Source: Macrostomum lignano
Taxonomy: Eukaryota
Assembly (NCBI GenBank): GCA_002269645.1
Contig: NIVC01003056.1
Span: 1 to 64,000 of the forward strand
DNA: 64,000 bases
Direction: 5' to 3'
The position numbers and the translations under genes were made by a program. Shown one piece after another: positions 23,564 to 36,754 of this stretch (positions are counted from its first letter, which is position 1; every line of letters starts with the position of its first letter). A model generated the notes under the pieces. The model searched no databases and was not told the origin of the DNA. It worked only from the letters and a program-made list of their open reading frames with translations.

Positions 23564-24167
23564 AGAGCGCCGCTCAATCCACATGTCGTCCTCGAATCGT
23601 TATTCTCGCCGGCGCTACTCGTCCCGTTCCCGTTCGCGCTCTGCGTCCCGATCCCGCTCCCCGGTGATCCTCAGGCTGCCGCCTCAGCCGCCTCGCCGGG
23701 TTCACGACAGAATCGGCGGGCGTCGGTTTGCTTCGCTGTCGCCGTCGCCGTCGCCCGAGGAGCCGCTGTCGCCGTTAGCTGGCGGTCAAAATCAACGACG
23801 CTTTCGTCGCCGACCAATCGCCGAACGGCTCGGCGTCCGGCCGGTGAAAAACTTTGCCGAAAGCGGGGGCGGCAAGTTCGACTCGAATCGGTTGTACTAC
23901 AGACCGCCGCCAGCGGCCGCTCTGGACCCGTTGGCTACGCCGAAAGCGCCGTCATATTTTTTGCACGACGATCGAGGAGAGCGCAGGCCTACAGACGGCG
24001 ACGGATATCGTCGGGGCGGGCGCGGCGGCGGCGGCCGCGGTTTTCGTCGCGGTGGCGGCCGCTTCGGCGGGTTCAGAGGCGGCGGCGGTGGCGGCATCGA
24101 AGGCAAATGGCAGCACGATAAATTTGTTGACAACGAGGACGAGGCCATGGGTAGTAGCGAGTTCTAA
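23564..24167 (+). CDS. Coding exon 2 of the BCLAF1/THRAP3-like gene (RS region, RGG box, Btz-like C-terminal motif); spliced product 321 aa
   Basis: Acceptor CTGACAG|A restores the frame (AG+A = Arg). C-terminus DP..TPK..SYFLHDDR...RGGRG..RGFRRGGGRF...GKWQHDKF resembles the BCLAF1/THRAP3 TPKSKKY(F/Y)LHDDR...RGRGRF...KW.HDK(F/Y) tail as I recall it. Confidence 0.75.
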
Positions 24168-24264
24168 GCTGGTGCTACTTTGAGTAGCATTGTGCTGGAG
24201 AAATATTGGATCATGTTTCTTGTTGCTTTAATTTGCTTTTGCCTTTGAATCCCCATAAAAATCG

Positions 24265-24697
24265 CCCTAAATCCTCATCAAGAATCGCCCTCGAATCCCC
24301 ATCAAGAATCGCCCTCGAATCCCCATCAAGAATCGCCCTCAAATCCCCATTAAGAATCACCCTCAAATCCCCATCAAGAATCACCCTCAAATCCCCATCA
24401 AGAATCGCCCTCAAATCCCCATTAAGAATCGCCCTCAAATCCCCATTAAGAATCACCCTCAAATCCCCATTAAGAATCACCCTCAAATCCCCATCAAGAA
24501 TCACCCTCAAATCCCCATTAAGAATCACCCTCGAATCCCCATCAAGAATCGCCCTCAAATCCCCATTAAGAATCACCCTCAAATCCCCATCAAGAATCGC
24601 CCTCAAATCCCCATCAAGAATCGCCCTCAAATCCCCATCAAGAATCACCCTCAAATCCCCATCAAGAATCACCCTCAAATCCCCAAGAATCGCCCTC
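24265..24697. repeat. Minisatellite, 24-bp unit (AAATCCCCATCAAGAATCGCCCTC), ~18 copies
   Basis: Direct reading; 24-bp period produces the spurious LKSPSRI and DGDLRVI ORFs. Confidence 0.97.
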
Positions 24698-25580
24698 CAT
24701 TAACCGTACCAAATTCACAAGTTGAATGTTAGAAAGTGTTTTGTATATTGTACATGTTTTGCAACTTATAAAAGTACCCTTAACATTTTTACGAGTCTTC
24801 TGACTTCTCTTTTTTAGATAATGCATCGGATGCCGAAGGCATTATAATTTCAATTTGGTCTTACTCACCTGTTAAAGATATCTAGTTGTATAAATTCTCT
24901 GTCCGATGATTGAGTACTTGACTCAAGAAAACCGTTACTACGAGCTACTGGCTGTTTGCAGAGGCGCAATAGCTCTTATATGCTACTAACGTAATTATCA
25001 ATAGTAGTAGCTGATAGTAGTATAGTTTGCTTCTTTCTTTTATTTGTAACTTTGCTATTAAATAAGGCCAGTTTAGTTCAAGATATAGTAATAACAGCTT
25101 CTAATGCTATTAGGTATTTAATAATTCTTTGCATGCAAAATTTCAAATTTATTAATAAAGCCGGTGTTTATAATAATCTGGAAAATTTTGAGATTTACTG
25201 AAGTCTCCGTCTGTCTGCCTTAAATCATTTATCTTTATTACGCTCGTAAATTAGGCTATATTTCTTAACCGTTGAAATCGTTCTCATGACAAGAATCACC
25301 GAGGAGCCACTGCAAACAACTGTAATGTTGAGTTCCGAGCTCATCACGCGAGTTGTAGAATTGTAAAACAGTCGCGCAAATTTCGTCCAAGAGTTTTTGT
25401 GTTAACGCTTTACTTTCTACTTGAAGTACTAATTAAGTAGACTACATAGAGTTCTTATAAATGCAAAATTCTAAATTCATGAAGTGACGCAGGCCTAGCA
25501 CGCCTCAAATTAACTCTCGGATGACTCTATTGTCTTTGACGACTTCACCCCGTCCTCGAGAGAAGGCCAAAATACATGCA

Positions 25581-28500
25581 CAGTCAATTGTCACTGACAG
25601 TCAAATGACACTGACAGTCAAATGACACTGACAGTCAAATGACACTGACAGTCAAATGACACTGACAGTCAAATGACACTGGCAGTCAATTGACACTGAC
25701 AGTCAAATGACAGACACTGGCAGTCAATTGACACTGACAGTCGAATGACACTGACAGTCAATTGACACTGACAGTCAAATGACACTGACAGTCAATTGAC
25801 ACTGACAGTCAAATGACACTGACAGTCAAATGTCACTGACAGTCAAATGACACTGGCAGTCAATTGACACTGACAGTCAAATGACACTGGCAGTCAAATG
25901 ACACTGACAGTCAATTGACACTGACAGTCAAATGTCACTGACAGTCAATTGACACTGACAGTCAAATGACACTGGCAGTCAATTGACACTGGCAGTCAAA
26001 TGACACTGACAGTCAATTGACACTGACAGTCAAATGACACTGGCAGTCAATTGACACTGGCAGTCAAATGACACTGACAGTCAATTGACACTGACAGTCA
26101 AATGACACTGGCAGTCAATTGACACTGGCAGTCAAATGACACTGACAGTCAAATGACACTGACAGTCAATTGACACTGACAGTCAAATGACACTGGCAGT
26201 CAATTGACACTGACAGTCAAATGACACTGACAGTCAATTGACACTGACAGTCAAATGACACTGACAGTCAAATGACACTGACAGTCAAATGTCACTGACA
26301 GTCAAATGACACTGGCAGTCAATTGACACTGACAGTCAAATGACACTGGCAGTCAAATGACACTGGCAGTCAAATGACACTGGCAGTCAATTGACACTGA
26401 CAGTCAAATGACACTGGCAGTCAAATGACACTGGCAGTCAATTGACACTGGCAGTCAATTGACACTGACAGTCAAATGACACTGGCAGTCAAATGACACT
26501 GACAGTCAATTGACACTGACAGTCAAATGTCACTGACAGTCAATTGACACTGACAGTCAAATGACACTGGCAGTCAATTGACACTGGCAGTCAAATGACA
26601 CTGACAGTCAAATGACACTGGCAGTCAATTGACACTGACAGTCAAATGACACTGGCAGTCAAATGACACTGACAGTCAATTGACACTGACAGTCAAATGT
26701 CACTGACAGTCAATTGACACTGACAGTCAAATGACACTGGCAGTCAATTGACACTGGCAGTCAAATGACACTGACAGTCAATTGACACTGACAGTCAAAT
26801 GACACTGGCAGTCAATTGACACTGGCAGTCAAATGACACTGACAGTCAATTGACACTGACAGTCAAATGACACTGGCAGTCAATTGACACTGGCAGTCAA
26901 ATGACACTGACAGTCAAATGACACTGACAGTCAATTGACACTGACAGTCAAATGACACTGGCAGTCAATTGACACTGACAGTCAAATGACACTGACAGTC
27001 AATTGACACTGACAGTCAAATGACACTGACAGTCAAATGACACTGACAGTCAAATGTCACTGACAGTCAAATGACACTGGCAGTCAATTGACACTGACAG
27101 TCAAATGACACTGGCAGTCAAATGACACTGGCAGTCAAATGACACTGGCAGTCAATTGACACTGACAGTCAAATGACACTGGCAGTCAAATGACACTGGC
27201 AGTCAATTGACACTGGCAGTCAATTGACACTGACAGTCAAATGACACTGGCAGTCAAATGACACTGACAGTCAATTGACACTGACAGTCAAATGTCACTG
27301 ACAGTCAATTGACACTGACAGTCAAATGACACTGGCAGTCAATTGACACTGGCAGTCAAATGACACTGACAGTCAATTGACACTGACAGTCAAATGACAC
27401 TGGCAGTCAATTGACACTGGCAGTCAAATGACACTGACAGTCAATTGACACTGACAGTCAAATGACACTGGCAGTCAATTGACACTGGCAGTCAAATGAC
27501 ACTGACAGTCAAATGACACTGACAGTCAATTGACACTGACAGTCAAATGACACTGGCAGTCAATTGACACTGACAGTCAAATGACACTGACAGTCAATTG
27601 ACACTGACAGTCAATTGACACTGGCAGTCAAATGACACTGACAGTCAAATGACACTGACAGTCAATTGACACTGACAGTCAAATGACACTGGCAGTCAAT
27701 TGACACTGACAGTCAAATGACACTGACAGTCAATTGACACTGACAGTCAAATGACACTGACAGTCAAATGACACTGACAGTCAAATGACACTGACAGTCA
27801 AATGTCACTGACAGTCAATTGACACTGGCAGTCAAATGACACTGACAGTCAATTGACACTGACAGTCAAATGACACTGGCAGTCAATTGACACTGGCAGT
27901 CAAATGACACTGACAGTCAATTGACACTGACAGTCAAATGACACTGGCAGTCAATTGACACTGGCAGTCAAATGACACTGACAGTCAAATGACACTGACA
28001 GTCAATTGACACTGACAGTCAAATGACACTGGCAGTCAATTGACACTGACAGTCAAATGACACTGACAGTCAATTGACACTGACAGTCAAATGACACTGA
28101 CAGTCAAATGACACTGACAGTCAAATGTCACTGACAGTCAAATGACACTGGCAGTCAATTGACACTGACAGTCAAATGACACTGGCAGTCAAATGACACT
28201 GGCAGTCAATTGTCACTGACAGTCAAATGACACTGGCAGTCAATTGTCACTGGCAGTCAAATGTCACTGGCAGTCAAATGACACTAGCAGTCAATTGTCA
28301 CTGACAGTCAAATGACACTGGCAGTCAATTGTCACTGGCAGTCAAATGACACTGGCAGTCAAATGACACTGGCAGTCAATTGTCACTGGCAGTCAAATGA
28401 CACTGGCAGTCAATTGTCACTGGCAGTCAATTGTCACTGACAGTCAATTGTCACTGGCAGTCAATTGTCACTGGCAGTCAAATGACACTGACAGTCAAAT

Positions 28501-28641
28501 GACACTGGCAGTCAATTGACACTGACAGTCAAATGACACTGGCAGTCAAAGGACACTGGCAGTCAAATGACACTGACAGTCAATTGACACTGGCAGTCAA
28601 ATGTCACTGACAGTCAAATGACACTGGCAGTCAATTGTGAC
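25581..28641. repeat. Minisatellite, 17-bp unit (GACACTG[A/G]CAGTCAA[A/T]T), ~180 copies
   Basis: Period 17 throughout, with three main variable positions. Confidence 0.98.
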
Positions 28642-29420
28642 AGATCAAATTAAATTCTCTTTTGTACTGGCGGTTTTAAAATAAATATTCTCTACGTGAA
28701 TACTTGATAAAGCTTGAACAGTATTATGGGTTGCCATTGTATTTAGCAGTTGCCTATCTTCATGCAACTCCAGAGTGGATCAATGGGTGCCTGCAAGTAC
28801 AGCAGTATTTTATTGCATCATCGATTTTGAATACGCGGGATGCCGCAGCGGAGCCTTGTATTATATATATTAATCTATTTTTATGACTTTCTAAATTTGA
28901 CATGTCAGAAAACGAGGCCCGTCGTAACAATATACGTTAGTGAAGACTAGCGATTGGGGTTAGTTCAGCTTTGCGAGTCCTATGGGATAAATTTCTGTTG
29001 TTGTAGATCTAAATTTAGATGCCTCAATGTAGTCCTTATGGTTATACGAGCGCTCGTAGTATGTAAGCGTTGAGTTTATTGGATTGTTAAGATTTTATCA
29101 TTTTGACTTGTACGCTCGTATGGTGTCGTCTGATGATTCTACAAAATCCCTGTTTGTGGCCCCTAATTTAAATTGGTAATTTCAGTCTGGCCTCATAAAG
29201 ACGCAGTCTACATGTAGACTATTTCTATGCTTTTATAAATCATTATGCCGTCTGCCTTTTGTCGATGAATTTATTTCATATTTTCATTCCTCCTGCAAGT
29301 GCACATCCACTTTTTTACTGGTAGGTATGGCAGATTTTGCATATATTTATAGCTTGTATATATATAAAAAGCATTTGCCTGTCAGCCTGATTCTGCTTAG
29401 TAAAGTAAAACTCTTATATA

Positions 29421-30008
29421 CTGTCCGTCAAAAGTTCCGGAACCCTTGCTACAATGTCTTCTAGCGGACATAATTTCAGTCCGTTTCAATTGTAACTTGA
29501 TTCAAATGAAAGCTGCGGATCTCAGCTCCATGATGTGGTCAAGAAAAAGTTTATTCGAAGGAGCGCGTGTGAACAGGCCAGTGTTATGTACATAAAGGTT
29601 AGAGAAAAAAAGTGAGGAAAAGACAAACAAGCAATTGTCTATGGTTGCTGAGTCTATGGAGCAAACACACATGGGAAGGAATCGGTTTGCGCGCAGTGTT
29701 CAGCCTGGCTAACATTAGTCTATGGCCAAAACTTGTGTTGAAATCAACAGGCTCTTATGGATTCTTGTGCAGTCAGCTTTCATGGGAGAGTCAATTGCTT
29801 GTTTGTCTTTTCCTCACTTTTTTTCTCTAACCTTTATGTACATAACACTGGCCTGTTCACACGCGCTCCTTCGAATAAACTTTTTCTTGACCACATCATG
29901 GAGCTGAGATCCGCAGCTTTCATTTGAATCAAGTTACAATTGAAACGGACTGAAATTATGTCCGCTAGAAGACATTGTAGCAAGGGTTCCGGAACTTTTG
30001 ACGGACAG
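29421..30008. mobile_element. Tc1/mariner-type MITE, 588 bp
   Basis: 217-bp TIRs (29421-29637 and 29792-30008) starting CTGTCCGTCAAAAGTTCCGGAAC, identical by eye; flanked by TA (TATA) on both sides; 154-bp spacer. Confidence 0.92.
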
Positions 30009-30610
30009 TATAGAACAACTCAATGATAAAGAACTTTTAATGGTACATTAGCAGTGTGGCCTGTGACTCAAGCTTTCTAGTTAATTAAAAAATCCACCGC
30101 TTATTGTGATATTTATTTCGCTTACGTAAAACACTTATTTATGAGTTTTCATTGTCTTTTGTTGAAGTTTTATGCATGCTAGCGAGCAATAGAATAAATA
30201 TAGTGCCACTCCCACCTTCGCTATATAAAGTGCAAGCAGTACTATTGTAGTATAAAATATAATAACTCTACCCTGTGCAATTTAATCACGATCTTAATCA
30301 CGAAAATCCGGTGCGGCTAATATTATTGTAAACTATAAAACTAAAAGTTGGTGTTTAATTCTCCCTTAATTCTCTTGGGAGTTCTACTGTTACACGCAAA
30401 CATGATTTTCATGCAATCTCTTCGAAACATCATCGTGTTTGAGAAGTTTCAGAACAAATCTCTTTTAGGCGAAGAAATGAGTTCTTTCCTAAATCTATCT
30501 TTCCAAAGTTAGGAAGTAATTTTAGCGTATATTTCTCGAATGCTGTATGTCTTGAAACTAGCTTAAATAAGCCAGTGTATCAATAACTTGACCTGCGTTG
30601 ACCTGCTGTT

Positions 30611-30931
30611 GGATTAGGGTTCTGGATTAGGGTTTTGAATTAGGGTTCTGGATTAGGGTTCTGGTTTAGGGTTCTGGATTAGGGTTCTGGGTTAGGGTTC
30701 TGGGTTAGGGTTCTGGATTAGGGTTCTAGATAAGGGTTCTGGATTAGGGTTCTGGATTAGGTTTGTGGTTTACGATTCTGGATTAGGGTTCTGGATTAGG
30801 ATTCTGAATTAGGCTTCTGAATTAGGGTTTTGAATTAGGGTTCTGGATTAGGGTTTCTGGATTAGGGTTATGGATTAGGGTTATGGATTAGGTTTAAGAG
30901 TTAGTGTTCTGGATTAGGTTTAGGGTTAGGG
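30611..30931 (+). repeat. 13-bp tandem repeat GGATTAGGGTTCT containing the TTAGGG core, ~24 copies
   Basis: Direct reading. Confidence 0.92.
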
Positions 30932-31429
30932 TCGCAGTAGGCTTAGGGTCCCTGTATTTCGGTTTTCGCTGTTATAGGCAAGACTGGCCTACCTCCTGAC
31001 TGTCTGCGAGCGGACTGTCGCCTTCACATAGTTTGCTTTGTACCAGTGTTATCCCTATACCGATAGCAACTCCAACAAGCAAAACGTGGCCAACTCGAAA
31101 CAAATGCCATTTAGCTTCGGACAATTCGAACTCGATATCGACTTCCAGTTTTTTTCGAGTGAAGCGATACTACGTGCGTAGTTTTCTTAATTAATTTAAT
31201 GTATTTTATTTATTGAAGTGGTTTGAGTTATATTTTTCAACAAGGCTTGGGTTACAATTGAGTTTTCAAGTTTTTATGTTACATTATTGTGTTAATTTTT
31301 TAAAAGACACAATCAATCGATCGGCGAGGCTTGTCTTAACTTGCTTTGGTAGGTTAGTCTTACCATCTGCAATGCAAATGAACGGTGCAGATATTAATTT
31401 GGTGGACATTAATTTGTCATTAACGTCAG

Positions 31430-32330
31430 TCAGTGCAAGCCGCACCTATACCTGATATTGGTTGTGGAATAGCGCATCTCCTTTGCCCAGTCCTTTACGA
31501 AGTCGCTGTACTTTGCTGGCAGCTGCAGACCCGAGGACCGCTTGCCCTGCCGTCTGGCAGCCTTCAGAATCCAAAGTAGATCACCTTCGACACCGTCCTG
31601 GATGCTGCGTTGACTCTCCAGCGCTTGGTTCATGTCGCCATCATCCTCATTGTCGATTGTCGCAGCCATGCCGCAGACTTTGACTGTCGGCACGGTCAGC
31701 AATAGACAGCAGATGGCGACTTCTGTGAAAAACTGCATACTCGATTGGTTCTGTCTGCTGCACTTGTTCTTGAGCTGTCCAACTCTTGAGAGCACTGCTA
31801 CCCAGCTAGATGATTATCGACAGGAATTTGGATTTGTAGAAACTTATTGAATTTCAAGATGCAGCAGTGACGTCTGCGTGGGCGTCTATACTGAGCGTCT
31901 TCTCCACAACTATGACTGCTGCTGGTTGCTTTTCAACTCCTGACTTTCTCAACTCTATCTTGTTGCTGGGAATATTTCTCCTCTGGGACAAGCAGCCGAG
32001 TGGGGGTGAAGCAACTCGTCTATATTAAGACTTGAGTTACTGCATCGGTTGGCCTGAGAGGTTGGAGTTGGCTGGGGTATCAGCTGCTCAAGGATTGGCT
32101 CTCTGAGGATGCCAGGAGAACTCGCATGCCAATTGCTTTAAAGCCTTGAAGCCTTATCACTCTTATTGTTGCTGCGAGATTAGCGACTGGCATTGAAATT
32201 GCACGGCTGGATTCGCATGGGCGGGAGCTGAAGGCTGAGTGTGGGGGTTGCTGGGTGGATGACTTTGTGCTTGGTAGAAGGGCGAGTGTCAGCAGTGGGT
32301 GGATAAATTTGTGTGGGTGGCAGGGTACTT
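31430..32330 (-). pseudogene. Coding-like, GC-richer segment with disrupted frames (121-aa ORF 31430-31795)
   Basis: Composition shift against AT-rich flanks; donor-like CAG|GTATAG near 31452; no recognisable domain. Confidence 0.25.
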
Positions 32331-32376
32331 GACTACGTGTGGGTGGGAGTAGGCTCTCGCGTGGGTGTGGGGTGTT

Positions 32377-33525
32377 AGTTTTGCGTCAGCGAATAGACAG
32401 TTTTGTGTCAGCGAATAGACACTTATGTGTCAGTGAATGAATAGTTTTGTGTCAGTGAATAGACAGTTTTGTGTCAGTGAATAGACAGTTTTGTGTCAGA
32501 TAATAGACAGTTATGTGTCAGTGAATAGACACTTATGTGTCAGTGAATGAATAGTTTTGTGTCAGTGAATAGACAGTTTTGTGTCAATGAATAGACAGTT
32601 TTGTGTCAGTGAATAGACAGTTTTGTGTCAGTGAATAGACAGTTTTGTGTCAATGAATAGACAGTTTTGTGTCAGTGAATAGACAGTTTTGTGTCAGTGA
32701 ATAGACAGTTTTGTGTCAGTGAATAGACAGTTTTGTGTCAGTGAATAGACAGTTTTGTGTCAATGAATAGACAGTTTTGTGTCAGTGAATAGACAGTTTT
32801 GTGTCAGTGAATAGACAGTTTTGTGTCAGTGAATAGACAGTTTTGTGTCAGTGAATAGACAGTTTTGTGTCAGATAATAGACAGTTTTGTGTCAGTGAAT
32901 AGACAGTTTTGTGTCAGTGAATAGACAGTTTTGTGTCAGTGAATGGATAGTTTTGTGTCAGTGAATAGACAGTTTTGTGTCAGTGAATAGACAGTTTTGT
33001 GTCAGTGAATAGACAGTTTTGTGTCAGTGAATAGACAGTTTTGTGTCAGTGAATAGACAGTTTTGTGTCAGTGAATAGACAGTTTTGTGTCAGTGAATAG
33101 ACAGTTTTGTGTCAGTGAATAGACAGTTTTGTGTCAGTGAATAGACAGTTTTGTGTCAGTGAATAGACAGTTTTGTGTCAGTGAATAGACAGTTTTGTGT
33201 CAGTGAATAGACAGTTATGTGTCAGTGAATGGATAGTTTTGTGTCAGTGAATAGACAGTTTTGTGTCAGTGAATAGACAGTTATGTGTCAGTGAATGGAT
33301 AGTTTTGTGTCAGTGAATAGACAGTTTTGTGTCAGTGAATAGACAGTTTTGTGTCAGTGAATAGACAGTTTTGTGTCAGTGAATAGACAGTTTTGTGTCA
33401 GTGAATGGATAGTTTTGTGTCAGTGAATAGACAGTTTTGTGTCAGTGAATAGACAGTTTTGTGTCAGCGAATAGACAGTTATATGTCAGTGAATGGACAG
33501 TTATGTGACAGTGAATGGATAGTTT
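32377..33525. repeat. Minisatellite, 22-bp unit (GTGTCAGTGAATAGACAGTTTT), ~52 copies
   Basis: Direct reading; highly homogeneous core. Confidence 0.98.
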
Positions 33526-33841
33526 AACGCTAAGGTAAAAACGCTTTAGGCGTCACACGCACTGGGTTGTGTTAAAATTATCTATATTTTAAACTGACTG
33601 CCTGACTGATTCTTCAGAAAAAATCTAGCTATAAGTATGCTTTGTTTGACTTGAAGTGTAATTTTTGCTGAAATTGCAGACGCAAAGGTGCATAAGTTTT
33701 TAAGAAATGAAAACCAAATTATTCACAAGATATTAAATTTCTGACTTTGACTTTAAGAGAATCAAATTCGAATATCCCCCACCCAAAGTGCGTTTTCGTC
33801 GAAGCATTGTCAAGCAGTTCTCAAGCAGCTGGAGATGAGGC

Positions 33842-34220
33842 GGCGCCAAATTGAGTTGCCTGCCTACGGCGCTAAAATGAGTGCCTGTCTGTGGCGCCAA
33901 AATGAGTGCCTGTCTGCGGCGCCAAAATGAGTGCCTGTCTGTGGCGCCAAAATGAGTGCCTGTCTGTGGCGCCAAAATGAGTGCCTGTCTGTGGCGCCAA
34001 AATGAGTGCCTGTCTGCGGCGCCAAAATGGGTACGGGTGTCTGGATTCGGCGCCAAAATGGGTACGGGTGTCTGGATTCGGCGCCAAAATGGGTACGTGT
34101 GTCTGGATTCGGCGCCAAAATGGGTACGTGTGTCTGAATTCGGCGCCAAAATGGGTACGTGTGTCTGAATTCGGCGCCAAAATGGGTACGTGTGTCTGAA
34201 TTCGGCGCCAAAATGAGTGC
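33842..34220. repeat. Bipartite GGCGCCAAAATG array: ~7 units of 25 bp, then 6 units of 31 bp
   Basis: GGCGC(C/T)AAAATG recurs at 33868, 33893, 33918, 33943, 33968, 33993, 34018, 34049, 34080, 34111, 34142, 34173, 34204. Confidence 0.95.
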
Positions 34221-34741
34221 TAACAACACCGATTCCCAAAATAATGCATCAAGTTTGTCATTACAGAATTCTTGGCTTTGTCACCCTAACCATAAAAGCC
34301 ATCCATAGTGACACCACTGATGAGGTTTACAGGTGCTGGGAGCTGCTACACTGCAGAGAACCCCCCCCCCCTGGGGGCGGAGCCGGAATCCGAGTTCATT
34401 TCTTTGAATAGAACAGTCTGTGATTGAAGTGGATGCTTGACTCAGACACAAGTAGCTCAAGACTTGACTACTTGAGCAAAGCCAAGGTAGCTCCTATTAT
34501 TCTGGCACAATAGAACAATAGAATCCCAGTTCTGCTTGAGCGATCCTCACTCTGCCTTTACTGATGATAGCTACTGACGGGTCGTGCATCTTTAGGGCGG
34601 TTCTGTCTTCCATCGAATAAATGATATATTCTGTCGATTTTTCCCCACCTGTAGTAGGCCATACTAAGACTCACGGTAAAACAAATTTGCTTTTACTTTA
34701 CTGTTAGTAGTTTCAGTTCAAGAAATGTCAGTTTATAGGTT

Positions 34742-35330
34742 AGTTTAGCTCGGAATCTCACGGTGAGACTAAGCTTGGGATCTCATGGTGAGACTAAACT
34801 CTGAATCTCACGGTGAGACTAAGCTCGGGATCCCATGGTGAGACTAAGCTCGTGATCTCACACTGAGACTTAAGTTCCGGATCTCAAATTGAGACTAAGC
34901 TCTCGGAATCTCACGGTGAGACTAAGCTCGGAATCTCACGGTGAGACTAAGCTCGGAATCGCACGGTGAAATTAAGTTTGGAATCTCACGGTGAAACTAA
35001 GCTCGGAATCCCAAATAGAGAGTAAGCTCGGAATCTAACGTTGAGACTAAGCTCGTGACCTCAGAGAGACTAAGCTGGGAATCTTACGGTGAGAAAAAAC
35101 TCTGGATCTCACGGTGAGACTAAGCTCTAAATCTCAGAATGAGACTAAGCTTGGGATCTCGTGGTAAGACTAAGCTCGGAATCCCAAATTGAGAGTAAGC
35201 TCGGAATCTAACGGTGAGACTAAGCTGCGGATCTTAAATTGAGACTAAGCACGGAATCTCGCGGTAAGACTAAGCTTAGGATCTCACAGTGAAATTGAAA
35301 CTAAGCTCGTGATTTCATTGTGTGGCTCAC
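34742..35330. repeat. Degenerate 25-bp tandem repeat (ACTAAGCTCGGAATCTCACGGTGAG), ~23 copies
   Basis: Direct reading. Confidence 0.9.
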
Positions 35331-35759
35331 AGTCACAGAGAGACTGAACTCATAACTTCAAGTGAGATATAGCTTACAATCTTACGATGTGACTTTAATG
35401 TGAATCATAATTTTATGATTCATATCATAATTATTTGGTTATTATCTCAATGTTTAGGTTGACCTACTAGCAATCTAGTGCGGCCCCCCTTCGGGGCGCC
35501 CAATAAGCAAGGAGCAAAAATAGTTCACGGAAAAAAATAAAAAAGCACATTTTCTTAAACACCAATTCCTTCTTCACTTTTAAAAATCACCTTAGCTTGT
35601 ATTCGGGTAAAATTGTCACGGAAAATGATGTTTAAAAAGTGAAAGAATCACTTTTTCTCTAAAATTAACAAACAGACAACAAAATATAGCTTCCCCTAAA
35701 TATCAATAGAAAATATTCCCAAGACAGCAAGCACCCCCCTCCAAAAGTAAACAACCGCA

Positions 35760-36580
35760 GATAGCAAGCATCCTCTAATGCTCATAGCAAGCATCCTCTA
35801 ATGCTCATAGCAAGCATCTGCAGATAGCAAGCATCTGCAGATAGCAAGCATCCCCCAGATAGAAGCATCCACCCAGATAGCAAGCATCCTGCAGATAGCA
35901 AGCACCCCCCAGATAGAAGCATCCACCCAGATAGCAAGCATCCTGCAGATAGCAAGCACCCCCCAGATAGAAGCATCCACCCAGATAGCAAGCATCCTGC
36001 AGATAGCAAGCACCCCCCAGATATTATCGAAGCATCCACCCAAATAGCAAGCACCCCCCAGATATTATCGAAGCATCCACCCAAATAGCAAGCATCTGCA
36101 GATAGCAAGCATCCCCCAGATAGAAGCATCCACCCAGATAGCAAGCATCCTGCAGATAGCAAGCACCCCCCAGATATTATCGAAGCATCCACCCAAATAG
36201 CAAGCATCTGCAGATAGCAAGCATCCCCCAGATAGAAGCATCCACCCAGATAGCAAGCATCCTGCAGATAGCAAGCACCCCCCAGATATTATCGAAGCAT
36301 CCACCCAAATAGCAAGCATCTGCAGATAGCAAGCATCCCCCAGATAGAAGCATCCACCCAGATAGCAAGCATCCTGCAGATAGCAAGCACCCCCCAGATA
36401 TTATCGAAGCATCCACCCAAATAGCAAGCATCCTGCAGATAGCAAGAATCCCTAAATAGCAAGCATCCCTGGATAGAAAGAATCCCATACTTGTAGCCAG
36501 TACCCCCCCTCCCAAATAGCAAGTATCCCCCCTCTAGAGCAAGCATCCTCCAAATAGCAAGCATCCGCGAGACAGCAAGT
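35760..36580. repeat. GATAGCAAGCA(T/C)CC ~17-19-bp array with a 112-bp higher-order repeat (inside B1)
   Basis: GATATTATCGAAGC recurs at 36061, 36173, 36285, 36397. Confidence 0.9.
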
Positions 36581-36754
36581 AGCTAGTGCAAATGTTACCT
36601 CCGCTAATGCAATAATCGCTTTCTCAGGTTGTGCAACGATCCACGTCTCAGTGAGCGCAATAATCTCTTTTTTAGACAGCGCAATAATCAGCTTCTCAGC
36701 TAGTGCAATAATCCTTTACTCATCAAGTTCAAAAATCGATGTCTCAGCTAGTGC

